Source: Spirochaetota bacterium (GTDB lineage: Bacteria > Spirochaetota > UBA4802 > UBA5550). Taken from it: 64,000 bases of DNA. The notes beneath the pieces are model-generated. The model saw nothing but the letters and a program-made list of their open reading frames with translations. It was not told the DNA's origin and made no database searches. The DNA is taken from NCBI GenBank assembly GCA_036848375.1, contig DAIUKG010000001.1:128110-192109 (forward strand), given 5' to 3'. Within the stretch, counting starts at the first letter, position 1. Each line of letters begins with the position of its first letter. Of this stretch, positions 43,780-51,616 are shown piece by piece. Both the position numbers and the translations under genes were made by a program.

Positions 43780-43853
43780 CGCTCCCGGGAGGACTCGAAC
43801 CTCCGGCACACGGTTTAGGAAACCGCTGCTCTATCCGCCTGAGCTACGGGAGC
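43780..43853 (-). tRNA. tRNA-Arg (anticodon CCU)
   Basis: cloverleaf read by hand: acceptor GCTCCCG/CGGGAGC, D arm GCTCAGGCGGATAGAGC, anticodon stem GCGGT/ACCGT with loop TTCCTAA, T arm GGAGGTTCGAGTCCTCC; 74 nt. Confidence 0.8.
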
Positions 43854-43908
43854 CGACAAAACCAGCCTCACGGTACAACCATGCTCTGAATACAATCTGG
43901 AGGCAGGA

Positions 43909-44553
43909 TCAAGAGAACATACTCTTTCGTTTTGACGAAACGACACGCTGAAAGTCCCTTATGTTCCGGACTACGATACGGTCGCCATAGAGTTCAATTT
44001 TGTCAAGGCGGGATAAATGTGTCAATACTTTTTGCACGTCCCCCTCGGCCATACCGGCCCAGCTTGCGACCTGCGGTGCATTGACATAGAGTGTTATTTC
44101 ATTTTGAAGATCGAGATGAGGGTCCTGCTCTGAAAGCATGTTAAGAACATCCATAACCTTCAGTTGAGGGTCTTCCAGAAGGAGGATCATGAGCCTTCTT
44201 TTCGCGTCATAAATCCTTTTGGAAAAAATGACCAGGAGCTTGTATGCCAGCTGCGGATTGCCCTGCAGAAGCGTATCAAAATTATCCCGGTGAAACTTCA
44301 GCAGTTTGACCCGGTCCATCGCTATCGTGGTCGCTGACCTGGGCTCCTCTTCAAGTATGGCCATCTCGCCGAAGACATCCCCGTCGCTGAGAACGTCAAT
44401 CGTCTTTTCGCGGTTGTTGATTATCTTGACGATCTTCACTCTTCCCGACTGGATGAAATAGAATTCATTCCCGGGTTCAAATTCGCAGAAAATGATCTCA
44501 TTGGGCGAATATTCAACGCCGAACCTGCTGAAAAATCTTTCATCGAGAATCAT
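43909..44553 (-). CDS. Crp/Fnr-family regulator with canonical cyclic-nucleotide-binding domain
   Basis: 214 aa; phosphate-binding cassette [19 protein letters not shown]; C-terminal HTH-like segment. Confidence 0.8.
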   Translation of the reverse strand: MILDERFFSRFGVEYSPNEIIFCEFEPGNEFYFIQSGRVKIVKIINNREKTIDVLSDGDVFGEMAILEEEPRSATTIAMDRVKLLKFHRDNFDTLLQGNPQLAYKLLVIFSKRIYDAKRRLMILLLEDPQLKVMDVLNMLSEQDPHLDLQNEITLYVNAPQVASWAGMAEGDVQKVLTHLSRLDKIELYGDRIVVRNIRDFQRVVSSKRKSMFS

Positions 44554-44564
44554 CGTTTATCCCT

Positions 44565-45746
44565 TTACCCCTGCAGTTGACGTATGCGCGCTGCGGCCTG
44601 CTGGCTTACCGAATCCCCGGGAGCCATTGAAGCCGCTTTTTTATAATACACCAGTGCTTTGTCCTTTTGCTTGGCCGATTCAAAAATCTGGCCCACATAA
44701 AAAAAGGCTTTTTTAACATTTTCTGATCGGGGGAAGTTTTTAATCACCGTGCTGAATGAGGCCATGGCTTCACGGGGCTTCCCCTGTTTCATATAACATC
44801 GCCCGATCTCAAAGTGGGAATTTTCATAAATCCTTTTGTCGTCATCGCTGACGATATCATCTGAGCTTATTATCTTTTCGTACACTTCCAGGGCCTGATC
44901 AACATGGCCTTCGTCAAAAAGCTCCCTGGCGTTTTCAAATAGATGGGGGATGAAATTCTCGTCAACCCCGCCCGGCTCATCAATCGTAAAATCGTCAAGA
45001 TCGCCCAGAGAATCATCGGAAAGAAAATCGTCCATTTCATCAGAAAGGGACCCGGACCCGGCATCCGCACCTGCCGGCGCAGGCTCGAAATCACTGCCGC
45101 CTTTGTCTTCCAGATCAAAATCATCGAAGCCGGCCGAATCCGGCTGTATATCATCCATCGCCTCCATGCCTGAGACGGGAACTGCGGTGTTTCCGGAAGC
45201 TATTGCATTGATGCGGTCCATTGCTGTTCCGGCATATTTGGAATCAGGATAATACTCCATCAGCTTTTTATATGCGTACTGCGCCTGCTGGAACACCGCG
45301 GTTTTAAAATAGTATTCACCGATGCGGAAGAGCTCCGCGTCGGGATTGATCGTGTCTTTTTCTCCCAGCACTGTCCTCTGGGTTTTATTGATGCGCCTGA
45401 GCTGGTTGCTGAAAACGCGAAGCATTTTGCGGACAACATTCACGTTGCGCAGGACCAGGCGTTCGAAATCAGAAAGGCTCAGGACAAGAACGATGGTCTC
45501 GCCTATAGTCTGCGCGGTCTCTTCCCTCGGGTAACGGCCGAGCGCTGACTTGACCCCGAAAAACTCACCCTGGCGGACTTCTTCTTTTACCTCTTCGCCG
45601 GTGTCCAGCTTGACCGAAGTGAGGACGACCCTGCCGCTTTTAAGCACGTAGATGTATTCGCTCTTATCACCTTCGAAATAAATAATTGACCCTGATTTGT
45701 ATGTTCTGGGTGCGATTCCGGATGGACTGCTCATTCCGTTTGCCAT
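44565..45746 (-). CDS. cNMP-binding-domain protein with acidic linker and C-terminal TPR repeats
   Basis: 393 aa; N-terminal cNMP-binding fold with divergent PBC (FFGVKSAL...PREETAQT); Asp/Glu-rich linker; TPR-like C-terminus. Confidence 0.7.
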   Translation of the reverse strand: MANGMSSPSGIAPRTYKSGSIIYFEGDKSEYIYVLKSGRVVLTSVKLDTGEEVKEEVRQGEFFGVKSALGRYPREETAQTIGETIVLVLSLSDFERLVLRNVNVVRKMLRVFSNQLRRINKTQRTVLGEKDTINPDAELFRIGEYYFKTAVFQQAQYAYKKLMEYYPDSKYAGTAMDRINAIASGNTAVPVSGMEAMDDIQPDSAGFDDFDLEDKGGSDFEPAPAGADAGSGSLSDEMDDFLSDDSLGDLDDFTIDEPGGVDENFIPHLFENARELFDEGHVDQALEVYEKIISSDDIVSDDDKRIYENSHFEIGRCYMKQGKPREAMASFSTVIKNFPRSENVKKAFFYVGQIFESAKQKDKALVYYKKAASMAPGDSVSQQAAARIRQLQG

Positions 45747-45763
45747 TGTCTGATCCTCGCCCC

Positions 45764-46996
45764 TTAAACCTCGAATTCCACCGGCAGGAATGGAAATTCT
45801 TTCTTAAAGCCAACGGCCCTGCTGATCCGTTTTAACAGCCCGATTACATCCCCGATGATGATTCTCTCAACGCCGTCAATAACGATCTCCTGGTATTTGA
45901 CGCCCAGGGACTTAAATACCGGCGCATAAGCCGCTTCTCCGTAGACCGGAAGGCCGTCAATGACCACGAGAAGAACGTCCTTCAGTTCAGCGGAAACGAC
46001 CGATGAGGCGGCGCTCCCGCCCCTGTTTCTGAAAACAGTGAGGTCCGCATGGTAACCTTCCCTGACCATGCCGTGATTTTTAAGCCAGAAAGCCTTCGCC
46101 GGATTTACCGTCACCATTTTAACAATTTCTTCATCAGGCAGTTCGCCGCCGAAGAGCTTTTTGTATAATGATTTGTCGAATTTCATTTCATGAAGGATAT
46201 TCAGGCCTCCGGACATGGGAGAGTCCGTGCCGATGCAGACATTGACGCCCTTCTTTCTGAGCATGTTCACATTAGCCGTTTTTGAATACATGAAATAATT
46301 CGAATCCCCGCACCAGACAACCGACGCGCCGCGCTGTTTGATAAGGTCCATGTCCGAATCCGAAAACGATAGCCCATGAACAAGAACGGAATGATCGCCA
46401 AGCCCGCCCTGCTTATCAAGGGTAACAACGTCCTTTCGTGTTTCAGCGTCGAACCCTTCAGCGATGTGGGTCACGAAGGGAATGCCCTCTTTCACCGCTT
46501 TCTGGTATTCGACCGAGATGCCATCGCCCCACGCGAGAGCGAATGACGTGATCGAATGGGCAAGGGCATATTCCCTGATTGCCTTGGTCGGCAATAAATC
46601 ATAATATGGTTCAGCAACGAAGTGGGGGATGTGGTCTGACACCGTGGTGACCCCGGACACAAGGTTTCGGTAGCCTCCGAGAAGGTACAGGTCCCGGTTT
46701 TCAATCTGCTGACGCTCCTGGTAGACCGGGGCGCTCTTTAAATCATTGTCCCAGGGCAGCCAGTTTTCATACGGGCCGTTTCCCACTTTCGGGAAATAAT
46801 TACCGAGAAGATGATCATGACTGTTGATAAGGCCGGGAGTCAGTATGCCATCGTCAATTCGCAATTCAACGGAATCGTTTCCTTCAGCCCTGCCGATAGT
46901 AAGAATCGTGTCCTTTTCAATGGTGACATTCTTTTTTTTCTGATGTGCTTCAGGGTTCAGAATATCAACGCCAGAAATTATCCATTTTTTCATCAT
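45764..46996 (-). CDS. amidohydrolase-superfamily deaminase (cytosine/guanine/SAH-deaminase-type; HxH...HxxE...H...D)
   Basis: start placed at MMKKWIISG (AAAGGAA SD); INSHDHL, HIAEG (His + catalytic Glu), VLVHG, GTDS metal/catalytic motifs. Confidence 0.8.
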   Translation of the reverse strand: MMKKWIISGVDILNPEAHQKKKNVTIEKDTILTIGRAEGNDSVELRIDDGILTPGLINSHDHLLGNYFPKVGNGPYENWLPWDNDLKSAPVYQERQQIENRDLYLLGGYRNLVSGVTTVSDHIPHFVAEPYYDLLPTKAIREYALAHSITSFALAWGDGISVEYQKAVKEGIPFVTHIAEGFDAETRKDVVTLDKQGGLGDHSVLVHGLSFSDSDMDLIKQRGASVVWCGDSNYFMYSKTANVNMLRKKGVNVCIGTDSPMSGGLNILHEMKFDKSLYKKLFGGELPDEEIVKMVTVNPAKAFWLKNHGMVREGYHADLTVFRNRGGSAASSVVSAELKDVLLVVIDGLPVYGEAAYAPVFKSLGVKYQEIVIDGVERIIIGDVIGLLKRISRAVGFKKEFPFLPVEFEV

Positions 46997-47019
46997 TAAT
47001 TCCTTTATAAGGGAAAAGT

Positions 47020-47200
47020 AAAATCTTTTCAATAAGTATTCTGTAAATGACAGCCGCGACAAACACCTGAAGGCAGCCACTTGGGAAATGCACTGTTCCC
47101 GGGCTCTGCAAGCAAGCCCCGCATCCTCAATATAATTTTAACTCCCTCAACGCGACTGCCTGAAGACATCACCATATCGGCGGCCCGATTCTTATAAACA
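47020..47200 (-). promoter_or_regulatory. GC-rich, highly structured ~180-nt 5' leader of the deaminase operon (candidate cis-regulatory RNA)
   Basis: GC-rich island in AT-rich intergenic DNA; predicted long-range stem CAGUCGCG/CGCGGCUG enclosing hairpins GGGCU-N9-AGCCC and GGGAA-N8-UUCCC; lies between the promoter and the SD. Confidence 0.3.
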
Positions 47201-47203
47201 AAT

Positions 47204-47232
47204 AATCTATTACCAACAATTTGATGCGTCAA
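47204..47232 (-). promoter_or_regulatory. candidate sigma70-like promoter (TTGACG-17-TAGATT) for the deaminase operon
   Basis: hexamers read on the minus strand ~200 nt upstream of the start codon. Confidence 0.35.
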
Positions 47233-47287
47233 GCAAAATAATCATCATGATGCCGTGCGACAAAATGTACACATAATTATTATCGGA

Positions 47288-48406
47288 TCATTGGCCGTTC
47301 TCATTTACTTCTCTCTGAACATTCTTGCTGTCATCACCGGCAGAGGCATTGTATTGATTGAGCAGGGTGTATATTTCCCAGAGAGAATAAAAAAGAGTCA
47401 TTAAAATCGGACCCACAATAACCCCCGGAAGCCCGAAGGTCTGGATACCGCCGAGAAGAAGGAAGAAAAAGAGAAGCGGATGGAAGTTAAGCCTGTCACC
47501 GAGAATTACCGGTTTGACCAGGTTTTCAAGAATGAAATACCAGAAAAGACACCATATTCCCAGAATGAGAGCTGCCGCATAGCTTCCTTTCATGAGAAGA
47601 AGGATAACTGCGGGAACCCAGATGAATGTTGTGCCCACAACCGGGATCAACGACAATATTGAAGCGACACTTCCCCAGAGCAGAGGCATCCCGAACCCGA
47701 AAAATGCGAGACCGACCCCGACCATCAGTCCCTGAAGCACCATAATAAAAAAGTTGCCTGCCATCAGAACCTTAACGACACTGTTTATTCTCTCCACCAC
47801 ATCCTTTTCAACATCATCGGGGAAAGGCATTATTTTGTAGAAAGCGGATGCAAAACGGGACCCGTCCTTAAATAGAAAAAACAGCATAAGAATCATTAAG
47901 AAAAATTTAATCGTAAAACTGAGCGGATAGGAGAGAATAGCGGTAATGCCGGATATGATCCGGATTGACGCCCGCTGGAGGGACTCGGTCACTTTCTGGA
48001 CAATTTCACCCTGGTCAATGCCGAAGTACGTGACGATCCGGTTAAAAATTTCACTTTTCTGGATCTCATCCAGAATTCCCAGGCTTATTTTATGCTGAAT
48101 CATGAGGTAGAGCTGATATGTCTGGTCAACCAGGGCCAGGAAAAAAAAGAAAAAAGGAATAAGAAAAAGGCTTATTAAAACAAAAACTATTACGGACGAA
48201 GCGACAACGGGTTTTTTTATATACTTTAAAAGCCAGTCATATAAAGGACGAAGTGTTGCATAGATGACAAGCGCGACAAGCAGGGGCCAGTAATAATGCC
48301 TGAACAGATATGCCAGTAAAAAAATGACGACACTGAAAAGGATGAAAAACAGGACCCTTAATTGTTTACTCTGGCTGATGATTGAATATGACTCACTTTT
48401 TTGCAT
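47288..48406 (-). CDS. AI-2E family transporter (PerM/UPF0118)
   Basis: 372 aa; 7-8 TM helices; family-typical Gly-rich C-terminal TM region. Confidence 0.8.
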   Translation of the reverse strand: MQKSESYSIISQSKQLRVLFFILFSVVIFLLAYLFRHYYWPLLVALVIYATLRPLYDWLLKYIKKPVVASSVIVFVLISLFLIPFFFFFLALVDQTYQLYLMIQHKISLGILDEIQKSEIFNRIVTYFGIDQGEIVQKVTESLQRASIRIISGITAILSYPLSFTIKFFLMILMLFFLFKDGSRFASAFYKIMPFPDDVEKDVVERINSVVKVLMAGNFFIMVLQGLMVGVGLAFFGFGMPLLWGSVASILSLIPVVGTTFIWVPAVILLLMKGSYAAALILGIWCLFWYFILENLVKPVILGDRLNFHPLLFFFLLLGGIQTFGLPGVIVGPILMTLFYSLWEIYTLLNQYNASAGDDSKNVQREVNENGQ

Positions 48407-48426
48407 AAAACCCCATTAAAGCAAAA

Positions 48427-48456
48427 GCCTCTCCGCCTGATGCATGCGTGAGAGGC
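48427..48456 (-). terminator. terminator-like hairpin between the small ORF and the AI-2E transporter start
   Basis: GCCTCTC-N16-GAGAGGC; minus-strand tail UUUUGCUUUAAUGGGGUUUU runs into the transporter ATG. Confidence 0.4.
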
Positions 48457-48501
48457 AAGAGATAGAACCAGTTCACTGGTACTTATAAAAACTGTCAGGC
48501 C

Positions 48502-48666
48502 TTACTTTGTCAGATAGTGAGATAGATCAGTGGCGATTCTATTTATCGCATGATCAAGATAATCATCATCAGAGATCCTCTCCCGATACTCCAGGATCCT
48601 CTTGGACTCTTTCTTCTCAGGAATCTTTTTTATCTCACGATCCTCCGTTTTCATGAGATTGCCCAT
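48502..48666 (-). CDS. small hypothetical protein (54 aa from the SD-supported start)
   Basis: GAGGAGG SD 7 nt before MGNLMKTEDREIKK...; charged, no TM; function unknown. Confidence 0.4.
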   Translation of the reverse strand: MGNLMKTEDREIKKIPEKKESKRILEYRERISDDDYLDHAINRIATDLSHYLTK

Positions 48667-48751
48667 AAAAAACCTCCTCACCCCCTGTTCCTCCATGAAC
48701 AGGTTAAGGGATCATAATTGTTATCGGTGAAAAAAACGGAAAATATAAGGA

Positions 48752-48781
48752 TTTTTTATAAAAAAAGGGGGCAATGCCCCC
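48752..48781 (-). terminator. rho-independent terminator downstream of the OMP gene
   Basis: GGGGGC-AAT-GCCCCC stem followed on the minus strand by UUUUUUUAUAAAAAA. Confidence 0.6.
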
Positions 48782-48813
48782 CATGGAATCAAACTGAAAA
48801 AAATGAGGATGTA

Positions 48814-49917
48814 TTACCAGACAAATCCGGCTGAAATATTCACCGCGACCCCGGTAAGCAGATAATAGGAAACCTGGACATCAGCAACAACGACCGGGCC
48901 TATGGTTATGCCGATCCCGCCCATAAACCTGCCGTCAACATAAAAGGGCGAGCCCTTGGTGGAGTTGTCTCCCCTGATATATCCCGGGGTGACGTCGCCC
49001 CATGATGAAGTGTCGGCACCGGTGACCGATACGCCGCCGTCGGCCTCCGCCACAGTGGAAGATTCGCCGTAATTGAAATCAATCCCCACACCGAGGCTGA
49101 TGTTGAGAAAATACAGTATTCTAAGTGAGGTGACAATATCGACGGGAACCGTGTAGGTCTTCATGGTCAGGCCCATTTTGATCGACGGGTCAACAACCAC
49201 ATCACCGCTGTATATGTCTTCACTGAAATCTCCCACAGTTTTTTCTATTTTAATTTTATAAAAGATATCGTTCTGCTGGTAGTTGAACCCGAACCCGAGC
49301 GACAGGCCGCGCCACAGAAACGAGCCCTTGCCGAACCTGCGCGCGCCTATGATCGAATAGTTCACCCCGATCCCCACGTTCATGGTCTCGTAATCCAGCG
49401 TATACCCGAACAGGGGATATGACATGTCGTACATGAAAAACTTGACGTTCAGGTACCATCCCTTGGCCTTTTCGCTGAGCCAGCCCAGGTGAATTCCCAG
49501 GTTCACCGACCCGGACGGGGCGATACCGGCCTGCGCGTCGCCTTTGTCCTCAACGTCTTTCAAGGCCTGGTCAAGCGCGTAATAGTCGAGCGTCGGCATC
49601 TGGGCAGCGATCGTGAGGCCCCCCAGGAGCGCGATGTTGTCATATCCCTGGTAACCCCACATGGAGGCTGCATGGCTTGCGTAGGTGTTTGAATCAGCCA
49701 CTGCCGCAGCCAGCTTGTCCTGGTTTCTGTACTTGGCAACATTCTGGTTCGCTTGTTCCAGTGCATCGTCAAAAGCATCATTAATGGCATCCTGCGCAGC
49801 GAGAGATATTCCGGAAAACTGGGGAGCCCTGCCGGTAAAGGTCACCGCGAATATATTTTCAGTTGTCAGTGCCACAAAAAACAGTGAAACAGCGAAAAAT
49901 AAGAGATATTTTTTCAT
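48814..49917 (-). CDS. outer-membrane beta-barrel-type protein (signal peptide, C-terminal aromatic residue)
   Basis: 367 aa; signal peptide MKKYLLFFAVSLFFVALT; alternating hydrophobic pattern; ends ...SAGFVW. Confidence 0.55.
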   Translation of the reverse strand: MKKYLLFFAVSLFFVALTTENIFAVTFTGRAPQFSGISLAAQDAINDAFDDALEQANQNVAKYRNQDKLAAAVADSNTYASHAASMWGYQGYDNIALLGGLTIAAQMPTLDYYALDQALKDVEDKGDAQAGIAPSGSVNLGIHLGWLSEKAKGWYLNVKFFMYDMSYPLFGYTLDYETMNVGIGVNYSIIGARRFGKGSFLWRGLSLGFGFNYQQNDIFYKIKIEKTVGDFSEDIYSGDVVVDPSIKMGLTMKTYTVPVDIVTSLRILYFLNISLGVGIDFNYGESSTVAEADGGVSVTGADTSSWGDVTPGYIRGDNSTKGSPFYVDGRFMGGIGITIGPVVVADVQVSYYLLTGVAVNISAGFVW

Positions 49918-50092
49918 AAAGCCTCCGGGAAAACAGTGCGACAGAAGATCGGTTCTTTATAATGCATCCGTATCAGTACCTCAATAATATAGGAACAGGG
50001 AAAAATAATAAATAAAAAAATGTATTTATGATATTTTTTATAATCGTGTTAAAAATTTATAGATTAATGGGATTTTTTTGTCGGAAATTTAT

Positions 50093-50127
50093 AAAAAAAG
50101 GGGTGTATCAGAACACCCCTTTTTTTT
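50093..50127 (-). terminator. rho-independent terminator downstream of the thiolase gene
   Basis: AAAAAAA-GGGGTGT-ATCAGA-ACACCCC-TTTTTTTT, ~30 nt after the stop. Confidence 0.65.
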
Positions 50128-50156
50128 ATCTATTACCAGCAATAAACCGTTGATAA

Positions 50157-51362
50157 TTATATATCACGGGTCCACAGCGACGCCATTGCCGGGCCGCCTC
50201 CCACGCATACCGAAGCGCCGCCGACCGTATGGCCGGAGCGCTCCATTTCATAATACAGCGAGACACAGATCCGCAGGGCGGTACATCCAACCGGGTGCCC
50301 CAGGGAAATTCCCGAACCATTGATATTGCATTTTTCAAGGTCAAGGTCAATGCCGAAATCCTCCTTGAGCATGATCTTGCATCCGAGAAACTGCGACGCG
50401 AAAGCCTCGTTGATTTCCCAGTAATCGATGTCATCAAATTTCATCCCCGCCTGCTTCAACGCCTTTGGTATTGCCACTGCAGGGCCCAGGCCCATTACCT
50501 TGGGGTCGACCCCTTCACCGCAGATATTGATCAGCCTCATCAGCGGTTTAAGGCCGAGTTCCCGGGCCTTTTTTTTCGTCATGAATATCGCGCCTGCCGC
50601 AGCGTCATTGATGCCCGAAGCATTGGCCGCGGTCACCACGCCGCCTTCCTTGAACGCCGGCTTGAGCGCGCCCATGGCTTCGAGGCTCGCGTCCGTGATG
50701 GGATGCTCATCCACCTCAAAATTGACGATGCCTTTCCTTGTTTTCAAAGGCACGGGAACGATTTCCCTTTTAAAGCGCCCTTCATTAAGGGCTCGGGTCG
50801 CGCGCTGGTGGCTCAACAGCGCGTGCTTGTCACACTGCTCCCTGGTTATGTTATACTTGACAGCGATGTTTTCCGCGGTCATGCCCATGTGGCCGGGAAC
50901 CAGGCGGTCATAGAGGCCGTCATGGATCATCGAATCTTCGATGTTTCCCTGGTTCATGCGATATCCCATACGCGCCTTGGGTAAAAGGTAGGGCGCGTTG
51001 GTCATGCTTTCGGCACCGATAACGAGAGCGATTTCTGTTTTACCGAGCATGAGATTATGAGCGGCTATTTCAAGCGCCCTCATGCCCGAAGTACAGTTCT
51101 GGTTCACCACGCATGCTCCGCTTCTGAAGGGCAGCCCGAGCTCCATGGCCACCTGCCGGGCCGGCAAAGACCCTTGCATCCCCTGAAAGCATTCACCCAT
51201 GGTCAGTTCATCAATCATTTCAGGCTTGATACCGGCCCGCTCTATTGCGGCTTTTCCAGCAGTTACCGCCAGTGTTCTTGCCTCAACATCCTTGAGTCCG
51301 CCCAGGAATTTACCGATCGCGGTCCTGCAGGCGCTCACCATTACAACGTCTTGGATCTCCAT
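50157..51362 (-). CDS. acetyl-CoA C-acetyltransferase (thiolase II)
   Basis: start at MEIQDVVMVSACRTAIGKF (GGAGG SD); active-site Cys regions (VNQNCTSG, C-terminal GHPVGCTA, CVGGG). Confidence 0.9.
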   Translation of the reverse strand: MEIQDVVMVSACRTAIGKFLGGLKDVEARTLAVTAGKAAIERAGIKPEMIDELTMGECFQGMQGSLPARQVAMELGLPFRSGACVVNQNCTSGMRALEIAAHNLMLGKTEIALVIGAESMTNAPYLLPKARMGYRMNQGNIEDSMIHDGLYDRLVPGHMGMTAENIAVKYNITREQCDKHALLSHQRATRALNEGRFKREIVPVPLKTRKGIVNFEVDEHPITDASLEAMGALKPAFKEGGVVTAANASGINDAAAGAIFMTKKKARELGLKPLMRLINICGEGVDPKVMGLGPAVAIPKALKQAGMKFDDIDYWEINEAFASQFLGCKIMLKEDFGIDLDLEKCNINGSGISLGHPVGCTALRICVSLYYEMERSGHTVGGASVCVGGGPAMASLWTRDI

Positions 51363-51575
51363 GTACACAAAACCTCCACAAATTGTTACCATGCGCAGAG
51401 CGGAGCTCTTCCTCATAGTATTAATAAATAATATCAGCCGATCAGGGTATTAGTCTGAAGAAAAGTGATACCGCTATAAACGCAATGGACAATAATTGAA
51501 TGAGACATTATTATTGTCAAGGAGTATGGCGGAAGGACGGATACGGTTTTATAAAAATATTATCCCTGTTAAAAT

Positions 51576-51607
51576 GAAACCCGGTCTGTCCCGGCAAACC
51601 GGGTTTC
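51576..51607 (-). terminator. terminator hairpin downstream of clpB
   Basis: GAAACCCGG-N14-CCGGGTTTC, 10 nt after the clpB stop; U-rich tail. Confidence 0.5.
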
Positions 51608-51616
51608 ACAAAGCAG

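Noticed and set aside
43726-43809. N-terminal extension of prfA (GTG at 43809), and similar upstream extensions of rlpA (to 34856), thiolase (to 51416), amidohydrolase (to 47080), secreted protein (58718) and rpsJ (17041)
   Set aside because: The extensions overlap a tRNA or hairpins, lack an SD, and internal starts with good SDs give proteins of family-typical length and sensible N-termini (lipobox, signal peptide, MEDKIK RF1 start).
46997-47200. Assignment of the structured leader to a known riboswitch class (fluoride, c-di-GMP-I/II, purine, ZTP, guanidine)
   Set aside because: None of the class-defining conserved cores I can recall (e.g. GGCGAUGG...CUGAUGA for fluoride, GCACAGGGCAAACC for GEMM-I) is present; the class is left open rather than forced.
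47029-47232. 67-aa minus-strand ORF inside the GC-rich leader upstream of the amidohydrolase
   Set aside because: Its start is the TTG of the TTGACG -35 box and the first internal ATG has no SD; the region is better explained as structured leader RNA. Coding potential cannot be fully excluded (it ends in a CRGC motif).
48814-49917. Calling the 367-aa exported protein a specific porin/adhesin family
   Set aside because: Only generic features (signal peptide, beta-strand periodicity, C-terminal FVW) are visible; no family-specific motif could be recognised without a search.
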